DNA from: Cyanophyceae cyanobacterium
GTDB lineage: Bacteria > Cyanobacteriota > Cyanobacteriia > Cyanobacteriales > JBHJGN01
NCBI GenBank assembly: GCA_050331735.1
Contig: JBHJGN010000022.1
Location: forward strand, 1 to 64,000
Direction of reading: 5' to 3'
Length of the DNA stretch: 64,000 bases
The notes below the pieces were generated by a model, which worked only from the letters and a program-made list of their open reading frames with translations, was not told where the DNA came from and did not search any database. Below, piece after piece: positions 32,848-43,542 of the stretch. Made by a program: the position numbers and the translations under genes. Position 1 is the stretch's first letter. Each line of letters opens with the position of its first letter.

Positions 32848-33444
32848 ACTCGCCTGCGCTCAATCACGGTTCTATCAGCTAGACTGACCGCCCTATTTAT
32901 TTAAAATCCCTCTAGCCTGATTTTAGTTTAGAACCTCATCATTCCAGAATAGGTTTTGCTTGACTCGTCCGAAATATTAAAAAAAATTATTGCTTTTGGC
33001 ATCCTGCTTTGATTTTGTATCGTCAAGGCCCAATGCCAGTTTACTTTAGCTCAAGCGCTCCAGTCGTTAGACAAACCACAATTGGGAAAAAAACTAGAAC
33101 GTTCGGTTTCGTGGTCCCGAAAGTGTCTCTATTGATGTTGTTTGGGTAACTATTTTTCTACTCCAAAGAGGGTTGTCCATTAGGCTTCGGAGGTAATATC
33201 ACCTCAAGCTTTTCAAGGTTAGCCGCGCGACTAAAATCTACATTTTGGCGATGTTATTCATTAGCAGACTAGGTTTAATCAGTCCTTTCAGTCTAAAGCG
33301 ATTATCAGCATCCGTAAGACTTGCTAAATCTAGGTCATTTAAATTGCGTTGATAGAAGATTTCTGTTGTCTAACAGCGGCGTTTTCTATCAGAAGCTTAA
33401 TATTTCGTCTATAGTGAAAGGGTGTGAGGAAATTGAAAAATTAA

Positions 33445-34470
33445 ATGTTTATCAAAGTCAGAAATCTAGGATATCTGTGCTTACTTATTTTCAGTGCTGT
33501 TATTGTTTCGTTTGATTTGTACTATCGTGTTTTTCTGGGTCAGAACTTAACTCCTTCAGCAGGCGCAGCGATGATTCCTCAAGAGGCAACAGTGGTAGCC
33601 TATATAGCTAGCGATCCTTATCAGTGGACGCAGCTCAAGTCTTTTTTGCCTCTTACTGTTCAAGAGGCATTGGTAGAAACTTACAGGTCTTGGTTAAAAA
33701 AGATCGTTATTGTGAGCAGAACCAACTATAGAAAATCTGTTCAGCCTTGGCTGGGAAATTTAGTCTTTGCTTTTATTCCTGCTCAATCTTCTCAAAATAC
33801 TGACGGCAATCATTTTTTGATTGTTGCTGGAATCAAGAACAAAATCCAAGCCTATACCTTTGGTAAAACGATAGAAAACGACAGCAAATTACAGAAAAAC
33901 TTTGAAACCTATAAAAAATTTCCTGTTGTTGAAGTTTCCGACCTTCAAAGCACTATTTTTTTAGCCTTAGTCAATAACAAGCTGTTGGTTTCTGATAGCC
34001 ATCGAGTTGTTGAACGCGCCATAGAAACGTCGCAAAGCAACCAATCTTTTCTGAATCGAGAAGACGCTAAGGCTTTTTTCTCTCAGCAAGAAACAAAAAA
34101 CCTAATGGCTCGAGTTTATGTTCCTGTTTATGCCCAGCTACATCAAAGTCTACTCGATTTGGTCTCTGAAAGCGGATCTAAATCTGAAATACAGATGGCA
34201 GAAGTCGAGTCAGTTTTTGTCGGAGTCACGGTTCATCATGTAGAAGTGCAGCTTGATGTACTTGCCAACCTCAATACAGAAGTAACGAAACAGAAATGTC
34301 AAGCGATCGCCCGCAGAGTTTCTCGACTGCTCGAGGCAGAATTATTGCTTGACTTTGCCTCTCAGGGAGGAAGCTTGGTCGGGTCAGAAGCCGTCATCGA
34401 AGCAAGCGATCGCTGTTCCCTCCACAAATCTCTAAAAAACGACCGGCACAGCTTGTCTCCCTTCAGCTAA
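33445..34470 (+). CDS. DUF3352-like protein (possibly truncated)
   Basis: N-terminal TM, A..IPQEA...YI..DP.QW..L and VQPWLG motifs; AT-rich. Confidence 0.6.
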   Translation: MFIKVRNLGYLCLLIFSAVIVSFDLYYRVFLGQNLTPSAGAAMIPQEATVVAYIASDPYQWTQLKSFLPLTVQEALVETYRSWLKKIVIVSRTNYRKSVQPWLGNLVFAFIPAQSSQNTDGNHFLIVAGIKNKIQAYTFGKTIENDSKLQKNFETYKKFPVVEVSDLQSTIFLALVNNKLLVSDSHRVVERAIETSQSNQSFLNREDAKAFFSQQETKNLMARVYVPVYAQLHQSLLDLVSESGSKSEIQMAEVESVFVGVTVHHVEVQLDVLANLNTEVTKQKCQAIARRVSRLLEAELLLDFASQGGSLVGSEAVIEASDRCSLHKSLKNDRHSLSPFS

Positions 34471-34494
34471 CGCTTACAGGGGTCTCTGGCCTCT

Positions 34495-36126
34495 CTAAAT
34501 ATCGCTGTAGTCATCTTCCTCATCAGATTCCTCATAAGCGGGGCAGTAGCCCTGCGGCGTTACTTTCAAGCCGTACAGGTGGGAAGCGGGATTGCGACAG
34601 TGTTGCTTACGGTAGTGCAGACAGGTTCCACAACAGTCGAGGTTAGCCAAAGCTCTGGCCTCATTGTTTTGGCTAATTAGCTCTCGCTGAGACAAGCCCC
34701 GCAACACTAATTCGTCGCCTTGCCAACGAGCCTCAATGACTCCGGTATCCGCTAAATTAGCCCAGCGCGGATCGCTACTAATCGCCTTTGTCAAGGTAAT
34801 TGTAATCGTTTCTACCTCATTAATCTCTCCATCGTAATAAGCTTGATGGGGAACAGCAGGCTGCAAAAAAGTACTGCCAACGGGTAGATTAACCAGGGTT
34901 CCCGCAGAAGGAGAATGAAGCTGGTAACGAGTTTGCAGCTCCTCCAGGCTCGTTAAATCGGCGAGATAAGCCGGGGAGCCATGAACAAACACAACGTGCT
35001 GAGGGCGCAGGTTGTGAATTAGCTGGGTGGTATTGCGTCCATCACTGTGTTCGGCCAACAGGTAAGTCTCGACCTCCAGATGAGACCTGCCCAAAAGCGG
35101 CTCAACGTCGAGAGTGCCTCTGGGGTGTTCGGGCAGCAAGACAAGCCACGAGTCTGAGGAGGAACAGTATTCTTGCAGATCGGCAGCGTTGCTGGTAATG
35201 ATAATGTGGGGTAACGGTCCTTGAGGTTGCGATTGAGGAGTGATTCTATGCATCCGCGGGCAAACCCGTTCATCCCAAAATAGGGGTTGATGTTGAGCAA
35301 AGTTCTGTACCGATGCCGGAAATTGGGACAGTAGTTGAAGGTAAATATCGCAAGCTTGAGCCACGTTACCCTCTACCCAAATATCGAGATCTCGCCCCGT
35401 AAATTGATGATGAGAGCGCAGCAGTTTGAGAATTTCTTGCCCGATACCCAACGTCGGGACTGGTAACAGTACATTTTGCCCGCCAAGCAGCGCTTGATGG
35501 ATTCTTTGCATGAGCTGTTTCTCCTGCTGACGGCGATGAACGTGCCGCGCTGTGCCGTAGCTCCCTTCAATGATGAGGACATCTGGGGCTAGTCCGCGTA
35601 AAGCTTCCACAGATAATCCTTCCACAAGCTGAAAGTTAGACAGGCAAAAGTCTCCCGTATAAAGTAGTGTGTAGGCCCGCTCAGATGATTGGTAGGTGAG
35701 CAGAATCGCCGCCGCACCCGGTAGATGCCCAGCCGGAAAGATTTCTGCCACCAGTCCTGGCTCTAGTTCAAGCGGAGATCGCCAGGGCAGAGCCTCACAC
35801 CACCCCGAAACAGACTCCACTGTTGGCCAATTCAGCGGCAGTAGCTCAATCGTGACGGCACTAGCATAGATAGGAACCGGCGGAAATAGTTCGTGGAATG
35901 CCAGTAGACCTCTAGCGTGGTCGTCGTGGGCATGGCTACAGAAGGCAAAAGAGGGCTGTTCTGCCCGTAGCGGCTGGGGATCTTCTAGGCCACAGTCTAG
36001 AAGAATCCGATGAGGCCCCATCTTGACTAGCAAACAGACCCCTTCCATTCCGTGACCAACGCCATAAGGAAAACAGGTCAAGTCGTGGGTCAGAGACGAT
36101 GCTGGATAGTTTTGACTCATAGCCAC
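34495..36126 (-). CDS. MBL-fold metallo-hydrolase (beta-CASP-like) with C-terminal Cys cluster
   Basis: LLDCG, SHAHDDH, AGHLPGA, YTGDF and VHG motifs; C-terminal CGTC..HC...YC. Confidence 0.85.
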   Translation of the reverse strand: MAMSQNYPASSLTHDLTCFPYGVGHGMEGVCLLVKMGPHRILLDCGLEDPQPLRAEQPSFAFCSHAHDDHARGLLAFHELFPPVPIYASAVTIELLPLNWPTVESVSGWCEALPWRSPLELEPGLVAEIFPAGHLPGAAAILLTYQSSERAYTLLYTGDFCLSNFQLVEGLSVEALRGLAPDVLIIEGSYGTARHVHRRQQEKQLMQRIHQALLGGQNVLLPVPTLGIGQEILKLLRSHHQFTGRDLDIWVEGNVAQACDIYLQLLSQFPASVQNFAQHQPLFWDERVCPRMHRITPQSQPQGPLPHIIITSNAADLQEYCSSSDSWLVLLPEHPRGTLDVEPLLGRSHLEVETYLLAEHSDGRNTTQLIHNLRPQHVVFVHGSPAYLADLTSLEELQTRYQLHSPSAGTLVNLPVGSTFLQPAVPHQAYYDGEINEVETITITLTKAISSDPRWANLADTGVIEARWQGDELVLRGLSQRELISQNNEARALANLDCCGTCLHYRKQHCRNPASHLYGLKVTPQGYCPAYEESDEEDDYSDI

Positions 36127-36211
36127 CTAACCACAGTGAACAGTGACCAATGACCAGTGACCCCAGGGATTCTGAAAACTGAAGCACTGGTTACTAATCG
36201 CGATTCACTGA

Positions 36212-36334
36212 CTAATGAGCGCAGCCATTGCCGTCATACTTGTCGGTGTCGTAGTAACCGTTTTTGGTGCCAAAAAAGAGAGCTGAAACAGTGAAGAGAC
36301 CCGTTAACACTACCATAATCAATTTGACATCCAT
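36212..36334 (-). CDS. ndhP: NDH-1 complex small subunit NdhP (40 aa)
   Basis: Below the ORF-track cutoff. MDVKLIMVVLTGLFTVSALFFGTKNGYYDTDKYDGNGCAH matches the NdhP signature FFGT.NG.YDTD.Y.GNG.AH; an AGGAG RBS lies upstream. Confidence 0.92.
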   Translation of the reverse strand: MDVKLIMVVLTGLFTVSALFFGTKNGYYDTDKYDGNGCAH

Positions 36335-36525
36335 CGTGTAATCTCCTGCTAGTCTTTTAACTCTATAATACTGTCTCTTTCATCACTGCTTGTTTGTCTG
36401 CTAGAACTCGTTCACTGCCGAAATCAGACAGGCGGTGTTATTCCTTAGAAATGGGCGATAGCATCCATGGGGCAAGACCAGGCGGTCAGCTTTTATAGTA
36501 AAAGGAGAGTAACTTCGTTGAGCTA

Positions 36526-37356
36526 GTGTCTGAATTATCTTCTCGCCCAAAGACCAACAAAAACGTCCGCCCTTCATCCTTGCAGATGGTTTTCACCGAT
36601 ACCGCGACTGTTTTTTGGGGAGAATGGCTAGATTTGCGAGTGCGCCTGCTCCAGATCGCCGCAACGGGGCTAATTTCGCCACTGATCTATATTTTTGCCT
36701 TTGGCTTGGGTTTGGGGAGCGCCATTGATCGCGTTATTGAACCCGCAGCCGGAGATAGCTATTTGGAGTTTATTTTACCGGGAATGGTCGCGCTGTCCTC
36801 GATGACGATCAGTTTTGGAGGCACAACATTTTCTATCTGCGGTGATCGCCTTTATTCCAAAACTTTTGAAGAACTATTGCTGTTGCCCGTGAGTCCGCTG
36901 GCCCTATTTCTCGGAAAAATGCTGGCCGGACTGGTTCGGGGCGCGATGACCGCTGGTTCCGTCATTTTAGTGGCTGTTCTGTTTACAGGGAAAATCGGCA
37001 GCTTTCTCAACCCGCTATTTTTGTTAGTGCTGGTCTTAAACTGCGCTGTCTTTGCGGGTTTAGGGGTCATTATCGGTTTAAGAGTCAACTCTTTAGAAAC
37101 TGTCGGTTTGTACAATAACTTCCTGATTGTGCCGATGTCTTTTTTGGGAGCCACTTTCTTCGATCCGGTGACGTTACCCCTCGCCCTCAAAATCGTGGTT
37201 TTTTGTCTCCCACTAACCTATACCAGCATTAGCTTGAGAGCGGCAGCGTATCTACCTTTAGCTCAGTTTCCCTGGTATGCTATCCCGGTTTTGCTAGCGG
37301 TAGCCATTGGCTTCGCTTTAGTAGGAGCTTACCAGTTTTCACGTCAGCAAGACTAA
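36526..37356 (+). CDS. ABC-2 type transporter permease
   Basis: YLEFILPGM, PMSFLGATFF and LPLTY; ~6 TM segments. Confidence 0.88.
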   Translation: MSELSSRPKTNKNVRPSSLQMVFTDTATVFWGEWLDLRVRLLQIAATGLISPLIYIFAFGLGLGSAIDRVIEPAAGDSYLEFILPGMVALSSMTISFGGTTFSICGDRLYSKTFEELLLLPVSPLALFLGKMLAGLVRGAMTAGSVILVAVLFTGKIGSFLNPLFLLVLVLNCAVFAGLGVIIGLRVNSLETVGLYNNFLIVPMSFLGATFFDPVTLPLALKIVVFCLPLTYTSISLRAAAYLPLAQFPWYAIPVLLAVAIGFALVGAYQFSRQQD

Positions 37357-37389
37357 CTCAACTTGGTTGTTGCGATGACAGCACAGCAA

Positions 37390-39636
37390 TTAGTGCGAGT
37401 TTTTGATAGCGATCGCTGGAGTTTTCTCCTTTTCTACAATTCGTCCAATGATTTCGCTTACCGGATATCCTGCTGCTTGCAGAGACTTCAAGCACTCAGC
37501 CGCCAGTTCTGCGGGAACTGATGCTAAAAGACCTCCAGCCGTTTGCGGATCGAATAACAGGGGATATTTGGGCAAGTCATTAATTTGGGAGCGATCGCTA
37601 ATGTAGCTGGACGCCCTCAGATTTTGTGACTGAAGCGAGCTAGTAATTCCCCTCTTGACCGTTTCTAAGGCTCCCTCTAAAACTGGAATTGCACTCATCT
37701 CTAGCTGCACCGAGACACCGGAAGCGTCGATCATTTCGGCTAAATGACCTAAAAGACCAAAGCCAGTAACGTCGGTACAGGCAGTAGCTCCGTAGTCCTG
37801 AAAAATAGCTGCTGCGGCTCGATTTGAGAGCAGCATGGATGATATAGCCCCGTCGATCCAGCGTCCCTTAGCCTGATAGCGCCTGTCCGCAGCCAACAGA
37901 GTGCCAGTTCCGAGGGCTTTCGTGAGCAGGAGGGCTTGACCGGGCTGCATGCCGCTCTTGCGCAGCAGACGTTCTGGCTGCACTGTCCCGTTGACCGACA
38001 GCCCAAAGGCCAATTCGATTCCTTCTGTTGTATGACCGCCGACAAGAGGAGTCTGAGACTGCTGTAACACCTCAGTTGCTCCCGCCAGTAGCTGGTACAG
38101 TGTTTCTTCTACCTTGGCTGCTGTTCCATAGGGAACCGTTACCACCGCTAGGGCACTGTGAGGAATGCCCCCCATCGCGTAAATATCGCTGAAACAGTGA
38201 TTGGTCGCAATTTGACCAAAGATAAACGGATCGTCGATCGGGCTCCGAAAATAATCTACGGTATGCATCATCAGCTCAGCATTAACCCGGACCACCGCAG
38301 CATCGTCAGGATGATTCAACCCGACCATCACCTCGGGAGAGGCAGCAACGGACAGCCGCTGTAGTACGCGGGCCAAAACAGTGCTGCCTACCTTAGAGCC
38401 ACATCCAGCACAGTACATTGGTTGAGGTATGGGCTTTTGTCCTCCCCATGATGCAGGACGCATTCCGATCCCTGACGGCTCCCCCATTTCCGGCAGCTCG
38501 CTGAAGCGGCGCATAAACTGGCGGTCGATGTGGTCTTTCCAGCGCCAGAGGAGCGGAGATTGCCAACTGAAGCCGTTCCAGGAGGCGATCGCGCTGCGGT
38601 CTCCTGTCCCGATTAGGCTCAAGTAGCGCTTTTGGGGGGTATAAGACCGCAGTGGTTTATCGGTTATAATGCGCCGCAGATTTTTAAACAGGGGTTTACC
38701 TTGACGAACCGCAAACACTCCTGCTTTCGGACGGGAATAGTTTTTCATAGTGGCAATATCGCCAGCGGCAAAAATATCAGGATGAGAGCTCTGAAGCCAC
38801 TCATTAACGGCTACAAAGCCTCGGTCGTCGGTTGCGAGACCCGAGGCGCGAATCCACCCGGGGGCAGAGGCTTGCGTAACCCAGAACACCCAATCGCACT
38901 CTACTGTCAGCCTAGACTCACAGACAACTTTATGAGGCCGAATTTCGCTAACGCTTTCTTGAAGATGAAGAGCAATTCCCCGCTGCTGTAAGATATGGTG
39001 CAGGCGACGGCTTACCGAAGTACTGTAGCCCGACAGCACCCTCGTACCGCGATGAAACAGATGAATTTGGGCAGCCGTTGCGGGCGTCGGTAATTCTTGA
39101 TGCAGGTGATGCTGCATGTTGAGGGCCAGTTCAACTCCTCCTGCACCGCCGCCAATCAGGCCAATGTTGAGAGAGCGCTGCGGATGTTTAGCTGCTGCCT
39201 GTAGCAGTTGATTCCAAGCGGCCAGAAAGCGAGGAACCGGTTTAGCCGGGATCGCGTAGTCGGCAGCACCGGTCACAGCGCTCTGAGCAGGAGTGCTGCC
39301 AATATCAATGGACAGGTAATCGAAGGCAACAGGAGGGCGCTGAGCACAGAGCACTTTTTTGGCGGTTAAATCTAACCCCACTGCCCGATCTAAATAGAGC
39401 TGCGCTTGGGCAAATCGAGCCAGACGACGTAAGTCGATGTGGGTTTCGTCGAAGCTATAGAAACCAGCAACGTGTCCCGGCAGCATGCCGGAGTAGGGAG
39501 TGTGGGTGGTGTCGGTAATCAGAGTTAGACGAACCCCCGGCAAGGGATGCATGCCAAATAGCTTGAGAACGATCGCGTGGCTATGTCCGCCACCGACGAG
39601 AACGAGATCCTGGGTGATCGGGGAATTCGACTGCAT
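37390..39636 (-). CDS. selD: Selenide,water dikinase fused to an N-terminal pyridine nucleotide-disulfide oxidoreductase domain
   Basis: N-terminal LVLVGGGHSH, YSGMLPG and PKAGVFAVRQG. C-terminal CAGCGSK, DDAAV, SDIYAMGG, GGHT, TDVTGFGLLGH and DPQTAGGLL. Confidence 0.92.
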   Translation of the reverse strand: MQSNSPITQDLVLVGGGHSHAIVLKLFGMHPLPGVRLTLITDTTHTPYSGMLPGHVAGFYSFDETHIDLRRLARFAQAQLYLDRAVGLDLTAKKVLCAQRPPVAFDYLSIDIGSTPAQSAVTGAADYAIPAKPVPRFLAAWNQLLQAAAKHPQRSLNIGLIGGGAGGVELALNMQHHLHQELPTPATAAQIHLFHRGTRVLSGYSTSVSRRLHHILQQRGIALHLQESVSEIRPHKVVCESRLTVECDWVFWVTQASAPGWIRASGLATDDRGFVAVNEWLQSSHPDIFAAGDIATMKNYSRPKAGVFAVRQGKPLFKNLRRIITDKPLRSYTPQKRYLSLIGTGDRSAIASWNGFSWQSPLLWRWKDHIDRQFMRRFSELPEMGEPSGIGMRPASWGGQKPIPQPMYCAGCGSKVGSTVLARVLQRLSVAASPEVMVGLNHPDDAAVVRVNAELMMHTVDYFRSPIDDPFIFGQIATNHCFSDIYAMGGIPHSALAVVTVPYGTAAKVEETLYQLLAGATEVLQQSQTPLVGGHTTEGIELAFGLSVNGTVQPERLLRKSGMQPGQALLLTKALGTGTLLAADRRYQAKGRWIDGAISSMLLSNRAAAAIFQDYGATACTDVTGFGLLGHLAEMIDASGVSVQLEMSAIPVLEGALETVKRGITSSLQSQNLRASSYISDRSQINDLPKYPLLFDPQTAGGLLASVPAELAAECLKSLQAAGYPVSEIIGRIVEKEKTPAIAIKNSH

Positions 39637-39732
39637 TAAAAAAGGGCGAGGAATTTACATTTTGTAATATTTTCAGCGCGAGAATCTCGTTAGCTTAAAG
39701 AAAATGCCGCACTAACCGTTGAGGTTAGAGTT

Positions 39733-40386
39733 ATGGAATCGCAACTGCCAAATCGAACCGTAGCTGGTCGCCTGCTGGCATCACAATTGACCAACTATGC
39801 GCATCGCTCTGATGTTATTGTACTCGCGCTGCCTCGCGGTGGTGTTCCGGTTGCTTTTGAAATTGCTCAGGAGCTAGGCGTAGCGTTAGACGTTTGCGTG
39901 GTAAGAAAACTAGGCGTTCCCGGCAAAGAGGAGTTAGCGATGGGAGCGATCGCCACCGGGGGGATCAGGGTTATCAACCAAGAAGTGGTCGATTGGCTGC
40001 ATATTTCCCCAGCAGAAATTGACCAGGTAGCAGCGGCTGAACAAAAAACGCTTCAGCATAGAGAGCAAATTTACCGAGGTGACCGCCTAGCCCTCGACGT
40101 ACGAGAGCGCACCATTATTCTCGTTGACGACGGCATCGCCACCGGTTCAACCCTGAAAGCTGCGATTACCGCTCTTACAGCGCAGCATCCTCAAAGCATA
40201 GTCGTGGCTGTTCCGGTTGCGCCTCTCTCCGTCTGTCGGGAGCTAGAAAGGGAAGTTGAAGAAGTCATTAGTTTGCTTGTCCCAGAAACATTCCGCTCCA
40301 TTAGCCTCTGGTATGAAGACTTTTCGCAAACCACCGATGAAGAGGTTTGCTCTCTCCTTGCCAATCGAGGGGGAGTCGCTCCATAA
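39733..40386 (+). CDS. Phosphoribosyltransferase family protein
   Basis: LPRGGVP, RKLGVPG..ELAMGA and ILVDDGIATGST. Confidence 0.9.
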   Translation: MESQLPNRTVAGRLLASQLTNYAHRSDVIVLALPRGGVPVAFEIAQELGVALDVCVVRKLGVPGKEELAMGAIATGGIRVINQEVVDWLHISPAEIDQVAAAEQKTLQHREQIYRGDRLALDVRERTIILVDDGIATGSTLKAAITALTAQHPQSIVVAVPVAPLSVCRELEREVEEVISLLVPETFRSISLWYEDFSQTTDEEVCSLLANRGGVAP

Positions 40387-40492
40387 CGGAAAAAGGCCAG
40401 TGCTATCGGCACCGGGAAGAAGGGGTCTAAACTTCCCTATACTCCCCGGTGCAGAGCGCTTTATCTTTTCTCCATCCCGCGGAGGACTGAGT

Positions 40493-41260
40493 TTATGCGG
40501 TTACTTTCGGTTTAGACCAAACGCCATGCTCATCTTCTTCGTAGGTCTGATAAATCTGTTCCCAAGCAGCAAGCTCAGCTTTAGATATATCGTTGGTTTC
40601 TTTGAAGGTGGCGTTGTACTTGTCGATAAAAGTCTGTTGAGCTTCGTCTGAGAGATGGGAGCGAGCTTCAGGCGATAAATCTTCTGGTCCGCTACACTCT
40701 CCTTGGCAGGAGCGCGGCAACGGCGACTCAGATACGTGAATTTCTTCGCCTCCAGCGCTTTCCATCAGGAGTTGAAACTCTCCTGATTTTTCCGCAGACA
40801 CTTCGGCCATCACCACAAATTCGCCAGCCTTGAGGCGGGTTTCGTAGACGGCAGCCCGCTCTTCTGACATCCCCAGCGTTGAGAGCACCGATGCTAATCC
40901 GCCTCCAGCGCTACCGGCGATCGCTCCCGTTGCTGCTCCGAGCAGAATGGAACCGATCGGTCCAGCCGCAACCACGGACCCAACGAAGGGAATAAACAAC
41001 ACTCCTACACCCGTTAATAAGCTCAATAAAGAGCCAAACAGAGAGCCGAAAATCGCTCCGTTCCGCAATCCACCGAGAATGACATCTTTCTTGGTGATAA
41101 ACCCAGAAATCCGCGTCTGAGACTCAAAGTTTTTGCCCATCACCGAGATGTGGTCTCTGTCCACGCCCCGGTTAATGAGGCGACGAACTACGTCGTCTAC
41201 TTTGCCTTCCTCTTTGAAGATGGCGGTAACGGTTCGCTCAGCTCTGTAATCTTCAGCCAT
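40493..41260 (-). CDS. General stress protein with glycine zipper and C-terminal ChaB domain
   Basis: Gly-rich TM segment. C-terminal [17 protein letters not shown]...AAWEQI...Y..DEHGVW is ChaB-like. Confidence 0.75.
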   Translation of the reverse strand: MAEDYRAERTVTAIFKEEGKVDDVVRRLINRGVDRDHISVMGKNFESQTRISGFITKKDVILGGLRNGAIFGSLFGSLLSLLTGVGVLFIPFVGSVVAAGPIGSILLGAATGAIAGSAGGGLASVLSTLGMSEERAAVYETRLKAGEFVVMAEVSAEKSGEFQLLMESAGGEEIHVSESPLPRSCQGECSGPEDLSPEARSHLSDEAQQTFIDKYNATFKETNDISKAELAAWEQIYQTYEEDEHGVWSKPKVTA

Positions 41261-41272
41261 TCGTTACTCCTC

Positions 41273-41812
41273 CTATACACTAGCCGGAGTTTTGACTCCC
41301 TCATCTTCTCTTTGGCCGGTAGGAGCCAGAGATTCTCCTTCTAAGAACGAACGAAGCATCCAGGCCATCTCTTCATGTTCTTCTACTAAACCATTGATGA
41401 AATCTTGAGTAGCCGGATCGTTGTAGTCTTCTTCGCACTTGTGAGAGTGGTCGCGCAGGTTGCGAATAATCTGCTCGTGATCGTAAACGAGTCGCTCGAC
41501 CATTTCGTTGGCGGAGGGTAAGTCTCCAGGATGCTCTTTGATGGAGCCATGCTTGAGAAAACCATCAACGGTTCCTACCGGATAGCCACCAAGAGCACGA
41601 ACTCTTTCAGCAATATTATCGATGTTTAAGGTCATTGCCTCGTATTGCTCTTGCCACAGTTCGTGCAGAGTCCGAAACTGAGGACCAATGACGTCCCAGT
41701 GGTACTTCTTCGTTTTGACCACGAGGAGATAGAGATCGGATAAATCTTTATTGAGCAGATTGCAGACGCCTTGACGTTGTTCGTCGGTCAAGCCAATATT
41801 AATCTTATGCAT
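41273..41812 (-). CDS. dps: Dps family DNA-protecting ferritin-like protein
   Basis: KTKKYHWDVIGPQFRTLHEL, DNIAERVRALG and HEEMAWML. Confidence 0.93.
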   Translation of the reverse strand: MHKINIGLTDEQRQGVCNLLNKDLSDLYLLVVKTKKYHWDVIGPQFRTLHELWQEQYEAMTLNIDNIAERVRALGGYPVGTVDGFLKHGSIKEHPGDLPSANEMVERLVYDHEQIIRNLRDHSHKCEEDYNDPATQDFINGLVEEHEEMAWMLRSFLEGESLAPTGQREDEGVKTPASV

Positions 41813-42241
41813 AAGAGCTCCATATCACTTTTACTTCACTCCTATTTGAACAAAGGAATGACCGATTTTACATCTATCCTCTGAAAGAGGCTCTCCTGAC
41901 TTTTCCCATTTTGGTCTAACTCGCGGCGTAGAACGAGCGCTTCATCGGCTCCAGCTAGATTGCAAACTCTTTGGCCGATGGAGTGGGGGGCTGTGTCGCT
42001 TGTAAACTGGGCGCTGCTGCCAACAGCTCTATGATGGCACCTTTGTTCCTCGGCAGCGAGACAGGACTCGTCCCTAGAGCTGCTTGCCAAGCACCAGAAA
42101 AATTTATATTATCTTAATAATTAGCAAAATCTCTTAACTTGAGCACAATCTGCTCCGAAGCTCAAGCTCACAGAAGAAATCTTAGAGAGGAGTCTAAATG
42201 ATTCCAGATATAGTGCCGTTTAGCAATCAGGGAAATCTCCT

Positions 42242-42811
42242 ATGACCGTTGGTATAAACAAGGCTAGTATGAACCTGATGAGCCCCAAGCAGAGCCAGAC
42301 GGCTGGCACTCCCTGCGTTTTAGCCGTAGACGACTGTGAAGATAACTTGGTCATTCTCTCCCATGTGCTGGAGACCCTCGGGTGTTTTCCAATAACGGCG
42401 ACGACTAGTGAAGCTGCCCTCTCTCTCATTAGAGGTCATCAACCGCAATTGATTCTGCTGGATATTGTGCTCCCGGGAATAGACGGGATCGCTCTAATTC
42501 ATTGCCTCAAGCAGGAAAAAACAGTCAGCCAAGTGCCTGTCATTGCCGTTACGGGGCTGGCTTTCAAGGACGAAAAAAGACGCATTTTGGAGGCTGGCTT
42601 CGATGCTTACGTGAGCAAACCGTACCTGCTCAGAGATTTAGAAGCGGCAATCTGCCATTATCTTAAGGTTCCGGGGCCAAACTTTTCGGCCAGTTGTTTG
42701 CCGGATTTAGAAGTCGGCGAAGTTTGGCCACCCGGAGAGTGCCTCCCCCGCCAAACTTTAAAGGGACTCTTCGAGAATTCCTCCGGGGAACCAACGGCTG
42801 CTTTGAGCTAG
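42242..42811 (+). CDS. CheY-like response regulator with C-terminal extension
   Basis: VLAVDD, LLDIVLP, VTG and SKP. Confidence 0.88.
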   Translation: MTVGINKASMNLMSPKQSQTAGTPCVLAVDDCEDNLVILSHVLETLGCFPITATTSEAALSLIRGHQPQLILLDIVLPGIDGIALIHCLKQEKTVSQVPVIAVTGLAFKDEKRRILEAGFDAYVSKPYLLRDLEAAICHYLKVPGPNFSASCLPDLEVGEVWPPGECLPRQTLKGLFENSSGEPTAALS

Positions 42812-42843
42812 CTCGAGCTAACCCAAGCCTCCCGCTGTGGACC

Positions 42844-43542
42844 CTAGCCAACTAAGCCAGAGCGTAACGCTCGCACCGCGGCCTGAGTGCGGTCATCAGC
42901 ACAGAGCTTGCTGAGAATGTTGCGAACGTGAGTTTTGACGGTACCAACAGTAATAAATAGCTTATCAGCGATTTGAGCGTTGCTGCATCCCGCAACAATC
43001 AGCTCGAGAACTTCTAACTCTCGATCGGTCAGGGGATAGGTTTCTAGTACCTGCTTATATTCGGGTTTAACAGAATCAATTGTCGTCGTTTCCAGAGGAA
43101 CCCCACGCCGTTCTGCCGGTTGATTTCGATGTAAAACAATGCGAGCGATCGCCGGATCGATCCAGGCGTTTCCCTCGTTGGTAACCTCAATAGCCTGCAC
43201 CAAATTATCTAGACTGACGTCTTTGAGGCTGTAAGAATCTGCCCCAGCAGCAAAAGCCGCTAAGACAGCATCTTCATTCTTGTGCATCGTCAGAATCAAA
43301 ACTTTAGTCAGCCCTTCTGGCTGAGCTTTTAGCATCTGAGTCAGCTCAATCCCGTCCACATCGGGAAGTCCGATATCGACAATCGCGACATCAGGTTTAG
43401 TCGCTGCCAGAAGCTGCAAACCGCGACGGGCATCAGCCGCATCGCCAACGACTTCAATGTTCTTGTACTGCTGCAGGGCAGCGCGCAAACCAACGCGGCT
43501 CAGATGGTGGTCTTCGATCAAAACAACGCGAATCTTATCCAT
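42844..43542 (-). CDS. orrA: NarL/LuxR family response regulator, OrrA-like
   Basis: Receiver plus LuxR HTH. EDAVLAAFAAGADSY, WIDPAIA, YPLT.RELE.LELIVAGCSN and KLCADDRTQAAVRALRSGLV match Anabaena OrrA as I recall it; the symbol is tentative. Confidence 0.75.
   Translation of the reverse strand: MDKIRVVLIEDHHLSRVGLRAALQQYKNIEVVGDAADARRGLQLLAATKPDVAIVDIGLPDVDGIELTQMLKAQPEGLTKVLILTMHKNEDAVLAAFAAGADSYSLKDVSLDNLVQAIEVTNEGNAWIDPAIARIVLHRNQPAERRGVPLETTTIDSVKPEYKQVLETYPLTDRELEVLELIVAGCSNAQIADKLFITVGTVKTHVRNILSKLCADDRTQAAVRALRSGLVG

Noticed and set aside
37390..39636. Possible selenocysteine recoding or a novel selenium system around selD
   Set aside because: The active site is Cys (CAGCGSK) with no in-frame TGA, and there is no selA/selB/selC nearby. 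The oxidoreductase-SelD fusion is already known.
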